Both the position numbers and the translations under genes were made by a program. Below are positions 47,325-57,377 of a stretch of 64,000 bases of DNA, in pieces (the first letter of the stretch is position 1; the number at the start of each line of letters is the position of its first letter). Below the pieces are notes generated by a model. That model made no database searches and had not been told where the DNA came from. It saw nothing but the letters and a program-made list of their open reading frames with translations. Source of the DNA: Patescibacteria group bacterium (GTDB lineage Bacteria > Patescibacteriota > Dojkabacteria > GCA-002793355); the NCBI GenBank assembly GCA_016860985.1, contig BOKM01000001.1, positions 220,185 to 284,184 on the forward strand, written 5' to 3'.

Positions 47325-48473
47325 TTAGGCGACTGCCTCTTTTAAGGCAGCAACAATCTCTTCAACATGACCGCCTTCAACCGTATTGAATCGTTTTAAA
47401 TATCCTACCCCTAATTCGATATTTGGCAGGGCAAAATCTCGCAAGAACTTTTTTCCAACGCCAATGGCATTCCAGTTTATAGAGCCATCTTCTTTTAGCC
47501 AACCGAATAATTTTGCCGCCTGGGGCCTAAACTGATGGAATTCGTACGCGAGTGCAACTGAGCCCACATTAGACAAGACGCCACCAACAGGGCTATCATC
47601 TGTAAATATAAGAGCCCTTCGATAGTAGTTTGGGTTAAATATTTGCATAAAGTCAGCAGCTCGTGCAGTTTTTCCTAAAAGAGTAAAGAACATTTCATGA
47701 ACTTCTTTATCGCTACCTAGCCACTCAAAAGTTGGCTTACTCACAGTATTCGAAAAAAACGAATCTTGCAACGGGGTTCCATTAACTACGTTCTCAACAC
47801 TCTGGGCTAAAGGCGTGGCAAACGTGTCTAGTGTGAGTAAATAGTTAAATTCCTCTGGCGTGATGCCTAACTCCCGACAAGATGCCAACACATGTACTCG
47901 AGCTTGTTGTTGGGATAATTCCCACACTTTGTCGATTGGGCGTTTTTGCTGATCTTCTATTGACCTTCTATTCCACCAGTCATCCTGCTCATGCCTCGTT
48001 AGAATAAAGAGCGCAATTTCCGTGAGTTGCTGCAATTTACCTGGGTTATTGTCCGCAAAAGATTTAGAATTTTGGTTACTTTCATAGAGTTCACTTAATC
48101 CACCAAGAAACAATTTTGTACCTTGGGCAGCAGTTAAGGAAACATGCGTTTCATTATGGTAACCCGGACGCAAACGCTGTGAGCGATATATCATTGCAAA
48201 GTCATTTGAAGAATTGCTACTCTCTTTTTTCAACCTTCCTAGGATTTTTTGAGAATCAAGCCCCAATTCTTTATGGTGAGTCGTAAAATGTTCTACCTGC
48301 GGTGCAAAACGGAAAGCAGACATTACAGTCTCTGACTTCCAATTAAAGTAACGCCCAATAGTATCCGGAGTTCCGTTTACAGGAGGAAGTTCTTTTCTAG
48401 TAGATGAATCGCGTGGATTAACAACAGCTTCTAAGTCAACAATGTCGTTCGATTGAAAATCCCTAAGTGTCAT
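47325..48473 (-). CDS. hypothetical protein
   Basis: 382 aa, soluble, no recognisable motif. Co-directional with and tightly spaced to the alpha/beta hydrolase. Confidence 0.4.
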   Translation of the reverse strand: MTLRDFQSNDIVDLEAVVNPRDSSTRKELPPVNGTPDTIGRYFNWKSETVMSAFRFAPQVEHFTTHHKELGLDSQKILGRLKKESSNSSNDFAMIYRSQRLRPGYHNETHVSLTAAQGTKLFLGGLSELYESNQNSKSFADNNPGKLQQLTEIALFILTRHEQDDWWNRRSIEDQQKRPIDKVWELSQQQARVHVLASCRELGITPEEFNYLLTLDTFATPLAQSVENVVNGTPLQDSFFSNTVSKPTFEWLGSDKEVHEMFFTLLGKTARAADFMQIFNPNYYRRALIFTDDSPVGGVLSNVGSVALAYEFHQFRPQAAKLFGWLKEDGSINWNAIGVGKKFLRDFALPNIELGVGYLKRFNTVEGGHVEEIVAALKEAVA

Positions 48474-48495
48474 GAACTAGTATACTGCAGGGGCG

Positions 48496-49326
48496 CTACT
48501 TTACAATCGACACGCTTTGGATTCCCATTGATCCAACAACTTGACAAGCATCGATTGTCGAACCAGCAGGTAATAGCCCATATTCAAATTCAATATAGCT
48601 TGAACTTCCGACAACTGGAACGTAACAGGTTACATTAACGCCATCATTCACCCAATTTTTCTTATCGTTTGGATCAGAAACTTTTCCTTCACCTGAAACA
48701 AACACATGATACGACTCTTTTCGTAGTTCTTTCCAGGGCAGAATATTTGCAGCAGTATTGTAATATACGACTTGCGGTGTATATACATCGATAGATCTTG
48801 TTCCAATATCGGGTGGAGAATCTTTTGTTTCCGTACGTTGTTTAGTTTTATTCTCAACAGCATCGGCAGATAACAGGCTAATAGTCATATAACTGCTTGG
48901 TTCAAGTACAAAGTATTTAAGACCTTGGTTGTAGTAAATTAATTTACCAAACTCACGCATTTCTGATCCTTCACCATATATCTCTGACAATGAGGAATCA
49001 GAGAGAATTGTTTCTTGAGAAAGCTGCTTCCACCATGTATCTGTTATGTTTCCAGACAATAAGCGTGTTATATTTATCTTTGAATCTCCAAAAGGCAATT
49101 CCCATGAATCAGTGCTTTCTGAGTTGGCTTCCAAAGTAGGTGTTGGTGTGGGGGTTGGTGCTGGTTGCGCTCTATTCGTAGAATTAGCGAACCACACAAT
49201 TCCCAATATTGACACTACAAGAACGAGTGCCCCAATTACGAAAACACGAGGAGACACCGTTTTTCGTGGAGGTTCCGCGACCGCAGGACTTGTGACAAGT
49301 ACTTGGTCATTCACATTTACTTCCAT
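48496..49326 (-). CDS. membrane-anchored hypothetical protein with Pro-Thr linker
   Basis: N-terminal TM helix, a PAPTPTPTPT linker and an extracytoplasmic domain. Confidence 0.4.
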   Translation of the reverse strand: MEVNVNDQVLVTSPAVAEPPRKTVSPRVFVIGALVLVVSILGIVWFANSTNRAQPAPTPTPTPTLEANSESTDSWELPFGDSKINITRLLSGNITDTWWKQLSQETILSDSSLSEIYGEGSEMREFGKLIYYNQGLKYFVLEPSSYMTISLLSADAVENKTKQRTETKDSPPDIGTRSIDVYTPQVVYYNTAANILPWKELRKESYHVFVSGEGKVSDPNDKKNWVNDGVNVTCYVPVVGSSSYIEFEYGLLPAGSTIDACQVVGSMGIQSVSIVK

Positions 49327-49347
49327 AGAAAAAAAGTAAATTTATAC

Positions 49348-49430
49348 TGCCGAGAAGAGGACTCGAACCTCCACACCCTTACGGGCATCAGCTCCTAAGG
49401 CTGACGTGTCTGCCATTTCACCACCTCGGC
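49348..49430 (-). tRNA. tRNA-Leu (anticodon UAG)
   Basis: 83 nt with a long variable arm. Anticodon loop CTTAGGA, T-arm GGAGGTTCGAGTCCTC. Confidence 0.85.
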
Positions 49431-49444
49431 GTATTGGTATTTTA

Positions 49445-50170
49445 TCACTTTGGCTCGTTGAATGTAACCGATGGCGAGTTTGATGTAAGGTAGCCCCGCA
49501 CCATTTTTCCACCAACAAAGTGAGAAACCAGCGTTGCCATTCCATCGATGGCCTTTTCTAGTATGTCATATTCTTCTTTAGAAGTTGCTTCAACCACAAG
49601 TACCGCGTTTTTTGTGCCTTTCGATAAGATAGTTCGAGCTGCTTCGCGCCAGTTCCAACAACGGCAAATGACTCCTGCTTCATCTTTATAAAGGATCTCC
49701 CCTTTAAACGGACGTTCTGAGTTGTTGTCCCCGAGTAGCTCTGTTATCGGTTCTTCTCCTGTCGCGATTGAGAGTTCAAGATTACCCTGCATTTTATCGA
49801 CATCTTCGCCACCAATTGGCAGTTTATACTTAAGCGAGATGTAGTTATAAATATCCACCAAGGTATTGATATGCGACAAATCTCTCCCTTTCAAAATCAT
49901 TCTGGTTAGATTTTCTATAGAAGATCGATAGTCCGAGGGTTTAGCACCAAATTCTTTATAAATTGCTCTCCATCTGCTTACATACGGAAGTGCAGATACA
50001 GTGTCAATTGATAGTTCCTTTCTTATTTTTTGGGATTCTTCAGTAATCCTTTTTATTAGGTTGTTATTTTCCGGCTGAGAATTATCAATTCCCGTCACAA
50101 AAATATACCCAATACGAACGTCTGGAAATTTCTCAAAAATACGGGAATCAACCTTAAAGGTCATACTCAC
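49445..50170 (-). CDS. B3/B4 tRNA-binding-domain protein
   Basis: 241 aa resembling the PheT B3/B4 editing-domain fold (RIGYIFV...CRCWNWREA). Weak call. Confidence 0.45.
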   Translation of the reverse strand: MSMTFKVDSRIFEKFPDVRIGYIFVTGIDNSQPENNNLIKRITEESQKIRKELSIDTVSALPYVSRWRAIYKEFGAKPSDYRSSIENLTRMILKGRDLSHINTLVDIYNYISLKYKLPIGGEDVDKMQGNLELSIATGEEPITELLGDNNSERPFKGEILYKDEAGVICRCWNWREAARTILSKGTKNAVLVVEATSKEEYDILEKAIDGMATLVSHFVGGKMVRGYLTSNSPSVTFNEPK

Positions 50171-50173
50171 GAA

Positions 50174-50533
50174 TTACTCAGCTTTTGCAACCTTTTTTAC
50201 AGTTTTTTTTGGTGCTGCAACTTTCTTTGCTGGTTTTTCGGCAACTTTTACTTCTGCGACTTTCTCAGTTTTTGGCCAAACATTTACAACTGTTCGAACG
50301 CCGTTTGGTCTGCGAAGATATGAAAACTGCACGATACCTGCGACTCGAGATACAACGGAGCTATCACGGCTCAATTTTGTGTTCATTCCTGCTTTATAAA
50401 CAATACCTGTTTGTCGAACAAGAATTTGACCACCTTGAACAAATTGCCCTTGGTTTACTTTAAGACCACGTCGCTTACCTGCAACGTTTGCCTTCTGATG
50501 TGCATTTGATGAACCGGCTTTTACGTGCGCCAT
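50174..50533 (-). CDS. rpmA: 50S ribosomal protein L27 with Lys/Ala-rich C-terminal extension
   Basis: MAHVKAGSS...GQILVRQTGIVYKAG L27 core plus KKVA-repeat tail. Confidence 0.85.
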   Translation of the reverse strand: MAHVKAGSSNAHQKANVAGKRRGLKVNQGQFVQGGQILVRQTGIVYKAGMNTKLSRDSSVVSRVAGIVQFSYLRRPNGVRTVVNVWPKTEKVAEVKVAEKPAKKVAAPKKTVKKVAKAE

Positions 50534-50554
50534 ACTGCTTTCGCTATAGTTTAA

Positions 50555-51694
50555 CTATCTCTTTTCGAGAATAATAATTTCTCTACCGACTACGTTATCG
50601 CGCTGAACCCACAGAAGAGAGCCAAGATCTTTAAGAAGTTCCGGTACTTTCCATGCTTCAGAGGAAGCCGATAGTGGTGGATTATACCATCTGCCCCCAT
50701 TGTTCGCAAGAAACGCAAATACAGGTTTTACAAACACCAGTCTTTGCCCTTTTCTTAAGCTTCGACTCGCAATCTGAAGAAGTGTTCCATACAAACGATT
50801 AATTATTTGCCACTCTTTTTTCGCAAGAAATTCGCTTGAGAAAGGCTTAAAGTGAGGCTTTCCTAAAAATGGTTCCGTTACAATTCCTGTAATATCATAA
50901 TCTGGTTTTGCTTTTTCGATTGACTCTGGATAGAGCCAGTGTTTTGCTTGAGATACGAGCCCTTTTTTGACTAACCATGACATATTTTGTTTTGCTTTTT
51001 CGATACTGTCTCTCGCTTTATCGGTACCTAAAACGGGGATACCAAGAATTGCTCCTTGCATTGCAATGGTTGCTTGCCCAACAAACGGATCCCAAATTTT
51101 TCCTTCTACTGTAACACCAGAGAGATTGATCATCATTCTCGCAAGTTTTGCAGGCAACATTCCGATTTTCATGTCTCGCGAAGGTCGCTCTGCATCGACA
51201 ATTGACCAAAACTGTGCGTCCTGAACTTGTTCTGTTTTAATAAGGTAAACCTTTTTATCGTGGGCTATTGCCGAAAATTCGTGCCCGCCTCGTTTTAACA
51301 CGTGTGCACTTACTGCAGGTGAATGTTGTGCCTCTTCGAATTTTCCATCATATTTGACTCCGGAGAGTTGCAGTTTTAGGTCATGATGAAATTGTCTTTT
51401 GTTTACGTGCACTCCAAAAAGGGAGAGAATATACTCTTTTCTTTTTTCGGATAAAAGAGAAGCTTTCAATTGTTCGAGTAACTCACTCTCAATACCATTC
51501 TTATCGTCCAACTCTGCAATAACCGTGCCGTAACGGGGAGTACCACCGAGCGCAAAAAATTGTTTGGAAACTTCTTCCTTTTCAATATCAAACAAAGCAA
51601 TTCCAAGCCATCGCTTTAACTCCTTCTTATTAAAAACAAGCCGAAGTTCCGCAAGCGAGAGTTCAGGATGTGAACCTAGAAAAAATGCAATCAT
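50555..51694 (-). CDS. putative RNA methyltransferase (THUMP/Trm14-RlmL-like)
   Basis: SAM motif I-like DPFVGQATI and motif IV-like YNPPLS. The N-terminal region is compatible with THUMP. Lies between rplU and rpmA. Confidence 0.4.
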   Translation of the reverse strand: MIAFFLGSHPELSLAELRLVFNKKELKRWLGIALFDIEKEEVSKQFFALGGTPRYGTVIAELDDKNGIESELLEQLKASLLSEKRKEYILSLFGVHVNKRQFHHDLKLQLSGVKYDGKFEEAQHSPAVSAHVLKRGGHEFSAIAHDKKVYLIKTEQVQDAQFWSIVDAERPSRDMKIGMLPAKLARMMINLSGVTVEGKIWDPFVGQATIAMQGAILGIPVLGTDKARDSIEKAKQNMSWLVKKGLVSQAKHWLYPESIEKAKPDYDITGIVTEPFLGKPHFKPFSSEFLAKKEWQIINRLYGTLLQIASRSLRKGQRLVFVKPVFAFLANNGGRWYNPPLSASSEAWKVPELLKDLGSLLWVQRDNVVGREIIILEKR

Positions 51695-51728
51695 ACGACA
51701 TTATACAGGAAAAACACAGATATGAGGA

Positions 51729-52049
51729 TTATTTTGTGACAATTTCGTCCACTCGAAGTCTGGTCAACTCTTCACGGTAACCCCATTGTTTTCGGTATCG
51801 TGATTTTGCTTTAAACTTTCCTGCTTCAAATTTCTCACCGCGGAATTGCTTAAGAATTGTACAAACTACTTTTGCTCCTTCTACAACAGGTTGACCAATT
51901 TTTGTGTCTTCACCAACTTGTGTTAGAAGTACTTCAGAAAATTCGATTTTAGAATCAACTTCACCTTCGATACGGGGCATGTCAAGATACTCACCCTTCT
52001 TCATGGAATATTGGTGCAGTCCTTTTCTAATAATTGCAAAATCAGTCAT
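51729..52049 (-). CDS. rplU: 50S ribosomal protein L21
   Basis: 106 aa with the L21 pattern (FAIIRKGLHQY...KSRYRKQWGYRE). Confidence 0.8.
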   Translation of the reverse strand: MTDFAIIRKGLHQYSMKKGEYLDMPRIEGEVDSKIEFSEVLLTQVGEDTKIGQPVVEGAKVVCTILKQFRGEKFEAGKFKAKSRYRKQWGYREELTRLRVDEIVTK

Positions 52050-52128
52050 GGTGGGATTGTACTAAACTGAGGAGATGGTGTCAATAATACTCCAAGGTAA
52101 GGGTATCTACTGCTCGAAAAGAATCAAC

Positions 52129-52929
52129 TTATTGAAGATACACTTTTTTAGGATTGTTCCAGATATTTCGCACGACCAATTCTTCCATCATGCGCTTTCG
52201 TTGGGATAATTCATGTTGCAACACTTGAACATCATCTGAAAAATTTTTCAGAGTGGCAAAACATAACAACCCTAATCTATGCGGATTAATTAATTTCTTC
52301 ACATCAAAACCTTTTTGCTGCAATATTGTATATTGATCCCTTGCAAGTGCATTCAGCTGAGAGCTATTTTCAAACACAGATTCCATGAGTATTGCCCTCG
52401 TTTCGTTAAGCAGATACTTATACGACTCCCTATAGGCAACACTTCCTTTTTCACAGGAAGCTAATTTATTATATACAGACTCGTGGTACTCGTTAATAAA
52501 AAGCCCCGATTCAATACACTGTGCTAGAAAGACATAGGTTTTTTCTCTCAATATATCCCTTGCCTCAACACTTTTGTAACCTGAAACATCGCCTCCATAT
52601 AAGTCGGTAAAATGTGCAGCTTCATGAACCAAAGTAGGAATAAGATCTGGTGTACTCAGCTGTAAAGTTTCATAGATACGAAGAATACCTGAGGTAGGTA
52701 CAACATCTGCGAACGTTAACAAACGGGTATTCATTCTCCCATCATGCTTTTTTAAGACAATTCCCGACATAGCAGAAACTGGCATGGCGCTGAGGGCAAG
52801 TAGCTCGTCAACAACAGTTAAGTACCGAACATCTTTAGGATATACTGCCTTACTTTGTGAATCGTCGAGTTTTAATTTACTCATTCTTGCTCCCGTATAG
52901 CTTCCGACGAGAGTTACAGCTTCGAACAT
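52129..52929 (-). CDS. hypothetical HExxH-motif protein (putative metallopeptidase-like)
   Basis: TLVHEAAHF zinc-binding motif. No other recognisable feature. Confidence 0.35.
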   Translation of the reverse strand: MFEAVTLVGSYTGARMSKLKLDDSQSKAVYPKDVRYLTVVDELLALSAMPVSAMSGIVLKKHDGRMNTRLLTFADVVPTSGILRIYETLQLSTPDLIPTLVHEAAHFTDLYGGDVSGYKSVEARDILREKTYVFLAQCIESGLFINEYHESVYNKLASCEKGSVAYRESYKYLLNETRAILMESVFENSSQLNALARDQYTILQQKGFDVKKLINPHRLGLLCFATLKNFSDDVQVLQHELSQRKRMMEELVVRNIWNNPKKVYLQ

Positions 52930-52978
52930 GCATTATTATAGGACACTTCAATTCTTTTTACAACCGTATTTTGGCGCT

Positions 52979-53806
52979 TTAATGATTCCCTGCACTTAAG
53001 CGTTCAAGCGAGATCAGCATTCCAACTGTTCCCAATCGAGAAGCGATATCAGTTGCAAGTGCCCGAATATAGGTTCCTTTTGGCACTAACACTTGAATAT
53101 CAAGAAACAGATATCGTTGATTAGGTACTTTTTCGACTTCGAGCTTTGAGAGTTCAAGCGATTTTCTCCATTTTTCGAGCATAAAACTATATTTCTGCGC
53201 AGGATATCCAATCTCCTTACCCACGACATAAAAGCTTTCAAAACTTGCAATAAGTCGTTTTTCGGTTGCGGCAAGACTTGCAGCAAGCTCTGAAGCGCTA
53301 ATCTCCATCTGGTGCAAGATTACCCAATCAAGTAGCCTTGTTTCAACCACTCGCTGCTCTACCTCCTTACCCTCTCTCACGAGTTGATAGGCGGTTTTTC
53401 CCTTATGTTTTGCTGCATTAAGTGTTGGCAGTACCTGAGAATACTGGTGCGATAACTCCTTAAATATCTCAACCACTCTATTTTCACTGAACGAAGCCTG
53501 CAACTCAGGAATTCGGACAGGTAATTCTAAATCTCCTGATTCACTTGTTACTCCAAGAAGTATCCCTGAACGATATCGTTTTTCGCTTTCTAAATATTTC
53601 GTGAGTAACTTTGTTCCTTTGCCAATACCTAAAAGCATCATGCCTTGTGCCATTGGGTCTAACGTACCACCATGGCCGACTTTTAAGCCCGTTGCCTTTT
53701 TGTACATTTCTGTAAGTGCAGTACTGGGGATACCGTAAGGTTTAAATACGTTAATCAATCCATCAACAATAACTTTCTCTTGCACCCAAGTTTGAAGAAC
53801 CTCCAT
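52979..53806 (-). CDS. truB: tRNA pseudouridine(55) synthase
   Basis: Catalytic motif GHGGTLDPMAQG and a PUA-less TruB layout. Confidence 0.85.
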   Translation of the reverse strand: MEVLQTWVQEKVIVDGLINVFKPYGIPSTALTEMYKKATGLKVGHGGTLDPMAQGMMLLGIGKGTKLLTKYLESEKRYRSGILLGVTSESGDLELPVRIPELQASFSENRVVEIFKELSHQYSQVLPTLNAAKHKGKTAYQLVREGKEVEQRVVETRLLDWVILHQMEISASELAASLAATEKRLIASFESFYVVGKEIGYPAQKYSFMLEKWRKSLELSKLEVEKVPNQRYLFLDIQVLVPKGTYIRALATDIASRLGTVGMLISLERLSAGNH

Positions 53807-53811
53807 AAAAA

Positions 53812-54567
53812 CTACCAGCCTCGTAGGATATTGTTTAGGATATTTGCCATTGATTTCAACCCTGGAACAACCGCTCGGTAATTAAGGTTAACGTAACCAA
53901 TAGTGCCAACATAGCCAATTGGTTGACCTTCAAAAAGGCGAAACGGAGTAAAGACAGCTATAAAATTTTCTAAATCTTTCCAGCCAAGTTCTGCACCAGA
54001 GAAGATACCAATACCCCCAGTCTGAAACTCATATCGCTGCCGAAAGAACGACGTCAAAAGCTCTGGGTCTTCAATAACATCCCAGAACTTCATGAGCCCA
54101 GATAGGTAGTCAGATTGAATTTTTTTTGGAAAATGTTCATATTCTTTTAATAATCGAGATATTCTATAAAACTGAATCACATCGTTATAAAGAATAAACG
54201 AGGGCTCGCCCGTCCATTTGTGAAGCGTCTTCATTGCATCACGCAAGAGAGATTGTACTTCGAATCGAGAGTTAAACAGTGTCTGGCCTTCTTTTACCAC
54301 ATCTACAAAATCTATCGTATCCTCTTGCATGAGGTTGTTAACATAGAAATACAACCCTTTGATAGTTGGAATTCGGCCCGAGGCGAAATGGCTTTTGGTC
54401 AAATATCCACTCTGAGAAAGTTCAAGAAATTCATTACGGAGGGTTGCTGAGCTCACTTCAAAATCGCCGGTCCTTAACAGCTCAAAAGAACTGATATCGT
54501 GCCCACTTTCAATAAATGATTCTACAAGTGCCTTTAAGATGAGCTTTTGTCTCTCAGTCATGCCCAA
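53812..54567 (-). CDS. hrcA: heat-inducible transcription repressor HrcA (short form)
   Basis: LTERQKLILKALVESFIESG...VSSATLRNEF..LSQSGYLTKSHFASGRIPTIKGLYFYVNNL matches the HrcA N-terminal wHTH and linker. The C-terminus is shorter than usual. Confidence 0.6.
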   Translation of the reverse strand: MGMTERQKLILKALVESFIESGHDISSFELLRTGDFEVSSATLRNEFLELSQSGYLTKSHFASGRIPTIKGLYFYVNNLMQEDTIDFVDVVKEGQTLFNSRFEVQSLLRDAMKTLHKWTGEPSFILYNDVIQFYRISRLLKEYEHFPKKIQSDYLSGLMKFWDVIEDPELLTSFFRQRYEFQTGGIGIFSGAELGWKDLENFIAVFTPFRLFEGQPIGYVGTIGYVNLNYRAVVPGLKSMANILNNILRGW

Positions 54568-54584
54568 TTGTAGTATGAAAGCTT

Positions 54585-55175
54585 TTATTTAGCAATCGCA
54601 GGGCTAACTGCTGAAACGGTCAGGTAGCCAACTCCGAGCCCAAAGAGTAACCCCGTGGCAAACCGCCGTGGATTGGTACTCTCGTAAAAACCTCGTTCAG
54701 GTGCGAGTATATAAGCAAAGGTTTGCACTGAACCATCTAGAATGAGTGGTATGAGAAAAAGAATTGGAATAAATCTTGGTATTTTAATTCGCATTAAATA
54801 TTCGGCGACAATCACACCAAGTAGCAAACCTAAATACATTCCCGTACACCGCGAGCAAACACCAAATTTACAACCGAACTCGGAGTTGCACGTAAAGCGT
54901 TCTTTAAAGTCGAGTGTGAATATCTGACTGCTCGGTAGTTCATTCCAAACTCTCTCTTTGGAATACTGCAAAGCTTCTCCAAAAAGGTAAAAGCTTCTGT
55001 CTGCACGTTGGTGACAAAGAAATCCAAGTACACGATATAACAGATCTGCAACTTTGTTCACCCCTTGCTCTGCAAGGATTGGTGGCAAAAGAATCAACAT
55101 ATTAACACCTGTAAGCGCGAGCTTTAGCCAAGAAAGCGGATTATTTTTTTGTACAGTTAAAGAGGGTTGTTCCAT
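54585..55175 (-). CDS. DUF2085-like membrane protein
   Basis: CHQRADRSF motif with a CxxC zinc-ribbon-like segment. 4 TM helices. Confidence 0.45.
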   Translation of the reverse strand: MEQPSLTVQKNNPLSWLKLALTGVNMLILLPPILAEQGVNKVADLLYRVLGFLCHQRADRSFYLFGEALQYSKERVWNELPSSQIFTLDFKERFTCNSEFGCKFGVCSRCTGMYLGLLLGVIVAEYLMRIKIPRFIPILFLIPLILDGSVQTFAYILAPERGFYESTNPRRFATGLLFGLGVGYLTVSAVSPAIAK

Positions 55176-57273
55176 TTTGCTCCCATTCTATTTTGCAAAG
55201 ATTTCGATATATATCTGTATTTAGAGTCTTATTCTTATCTGTTGCCCACACCTGTTCTTGGTCGCCAAACACCACGTAGGTGATTTCGTACTTCTCAAGT
55301 AGCAATTTCACTTCGTCGGTATCAGTCGATGTGTACAATTTCTCAACATCGGTTATACGCTGAGCTACACCCATGGGGACCAATTCTCGAGTCTTGGATT
55401 GTATGCCCTTTCCATCATAACCGTTATACCACTGCACGTTATGCAAAGGCCACCCAGTTACGGCACTTAAGCCAGTATACGCAGATACTCGTGCGTAGTA
55501 AGAATACGAATCATAGGTCACAACTTCTAATACAGTTGAGTGTGGTTTTGTCAAAAGGTATGAGACTAGTGAATAATCTTCACCATGCCCAGTGCTCATA
55601 AAGGCATAGCCATTACTCCAGCGGGGATCAACCACTCGCTTGATTGTAATTTTTTCAAAGTTTGGAACGATGTACTGGTCAATCGCAATAACAGGATAGG
55701 AGAGCATTATCGCAACAATTGCAAAGAACAAACCATACAAGGGGAACAATACTTGTGGTTTTTTTAACTTTTCGAACCCTTCCTTAAAAGCCGTAAGGAA
55801 TAATGACGCCGCACCTAGCGAGAAGAATGCCCACGCATGAAAATATATTTTGAAAACAGTATTAGTACGGGCATATGGAGGGTTAAGAACAGTGAAGACA
55901 TCTTTGGCGTATACGAACTCGACAGCAAATACGAGTACAACTCCTACTGCAATCAATAGCACCTGCGACATCACAGCAGGCGAAAACAGGAAGGTGTCGA
56001 AATGCTTTTTTAGCACAAATTTCTTAAGCAATAGGAGAATTGCCACTGCTCCAAGTACAGTTAGCAAAAACTGCCCAAAGAGCATAAAGAGGTCAAAAGG
56101 ATTACTAAACGTCGTATTTAAGCCAACGCCACCAACAGGCGGGAGATAATAGGAACGGGAAGAAAGAAACTGTGGAATGCTTGCCAAGGCTACGGGCAAT
56201 CCGACGAACAAAGCAAGTTTTTTTATCCACTCAACAATCGGCTTCCAATCCAATTTCTTATAGATTCTCATATACAGCACAATTGCTCCTGCAAATATCC
56301 CCCCCTGTGCAGCCAATGCAAACACGTCCCAACTATTTGTAAGGTACAGATGTCCTAACAAAATTCCTAAAAAGACACTCTTGGGAAGCGTTAATTCCTC
56401 GCTTTCTGTAGCTCCTTCTGTTGCTTGTTGTTTTCCAAAAAAGATATCAATCAGTACGAAAATACCAACTAAAAAGAAAGGATAGGAAAGGTAATGACCG
56501 TGCAAGTCACCCAAAATAACAGAATACCCAGGGAACTCATTAATAGTATAAGGAATAACACGCGTTGCAGAAGCAAACCACTGAGTTCCTTGTGAATGCA
56601 TTATTGCCTGGATTATCAAGTAAAAATTACCGCCAAATGTCATGACAAAAGAAACAAGAAAGGCAACCATATCTGTGAGCCGAAGGGAGCGCGCGACCAA
56701 ATAACCTGCTTGTAGAATCCAAACTCCAAACAGAGAGATGGCAAGGTTATACCCAACAGCAGTTGGAATTTGGAGCATATATTGGAATAGACCAAGTATA
56801 AAATGCCCAAAATAATAGTAGTTCATATAAAAACCTGATAACCAAGGGTTCTCTATCGGAATGTGATTTTGCTTCATGATGGTGTTAATAAGCGCAACGT
56901 CCATCAATTTTTCAGTTCCAAGAATATCGGGTTTAAAGGTTCGAATATACACAAGAAAGAGATAAATAACATACGACAGCAATTCAACACCTAAAAATAC
57001 GAGGAGTTCTTTTTTTGAGGGGAAACGTAAGCGATTCCGTCCAAAATAGGTTGCAAGTCCAATAAAGGCGAGGTAAATTGCACATGCCCAAGGAATCAAC
57101 GTAGTCCACCCTTTACCAGTAAATAAAGCCATATACCACAGTAAAAGGGAGAAAATCGTAATACCTAAAAACTTATAAAAAACCAAAGGATATCGTTTTG
57201 GAAAGAGCGATGACCCCAGTAGGTATCCCGCAACCGCAAAGGCTTCTGTTGCTAGAAAGTAAGTATGTATCAT
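55141..57273 (-). CDS. large polytopic membrane protein, GT-C/YfhO/DUF2298-like architecture
   Basis: 710 aa with at least 13 TM helices followed by a roughly 200-aa C-terminal soluble domain. Called by architecture only. Confidence 0.4.
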   Translation of the reverse strand: MIHTYFLATEAFAVAGYLLGSSLFPKRYPLVFYKFLGITIFSLLLWYMALFTGKGWTTLIPWACAIYLAFIGLATYFGRNRLRFPSKKELLVFLGVELLSYVIYLFLVYIRTFKPDILGTEKLMDVALINTIMKQNHIPIENPWLSGFYMNYYYFGHFILGLFQYMLQIPTAVGYNLAISLFGVWILQAGYLVARSLRLTDMVAFLVSFVMTFGGNFYLIIQAIMHSQGTQWFASATRVIPYTINEFPGYSVILGDLHGHYLSYPFFLVGIFVLIDIFFGKQQATEGATESEELTLPKSVFLGILLGHLYLTNSWDVFALAAQGGIFAGAIVLYMRIYKKLDWKPIVEWIKKLALFVGLPVALASIPQFLSSRSYYLPPVGGVGLNTTFSNPFDLFMLFGQFLLTVLGAVAILLLLKKFVLKKHFDTFLFSPAVMSQVLLIAVGVVLVFAVEFVYAKDVFTVLNPPYARTNTVFKIYFHAWAFFSLGAASLFLTAFKEGFEKLKKPQVLFPLYGLFFAIVAIMLSYPVIAIDQYIVPNFEKITIKRVVDPRWSNGYAFMSTGHGEDYSLVSYLLTKPHSTVLEVVTYDSYSYYARVSAYTGLSAVTGWPLHNVQWYNGYDGKGIQSKTRELVPMGVAQRITDVEKLYTSTDTDEVKLLLEKYEITYVVFGDQEQVWATDKNKTLNTDIYRNLCKIEWEQNGTTLFNCTKK

Positions 57274-57377
57274 GCTACTATGATGAAATAGAATTCCCCA
57301 AGGCTAACGCCCTCAAGGACTTCGTCCTTGGCAGAACTCCGTTCCGCCGGGTATTATATTACTAACTCAGTAATAGA

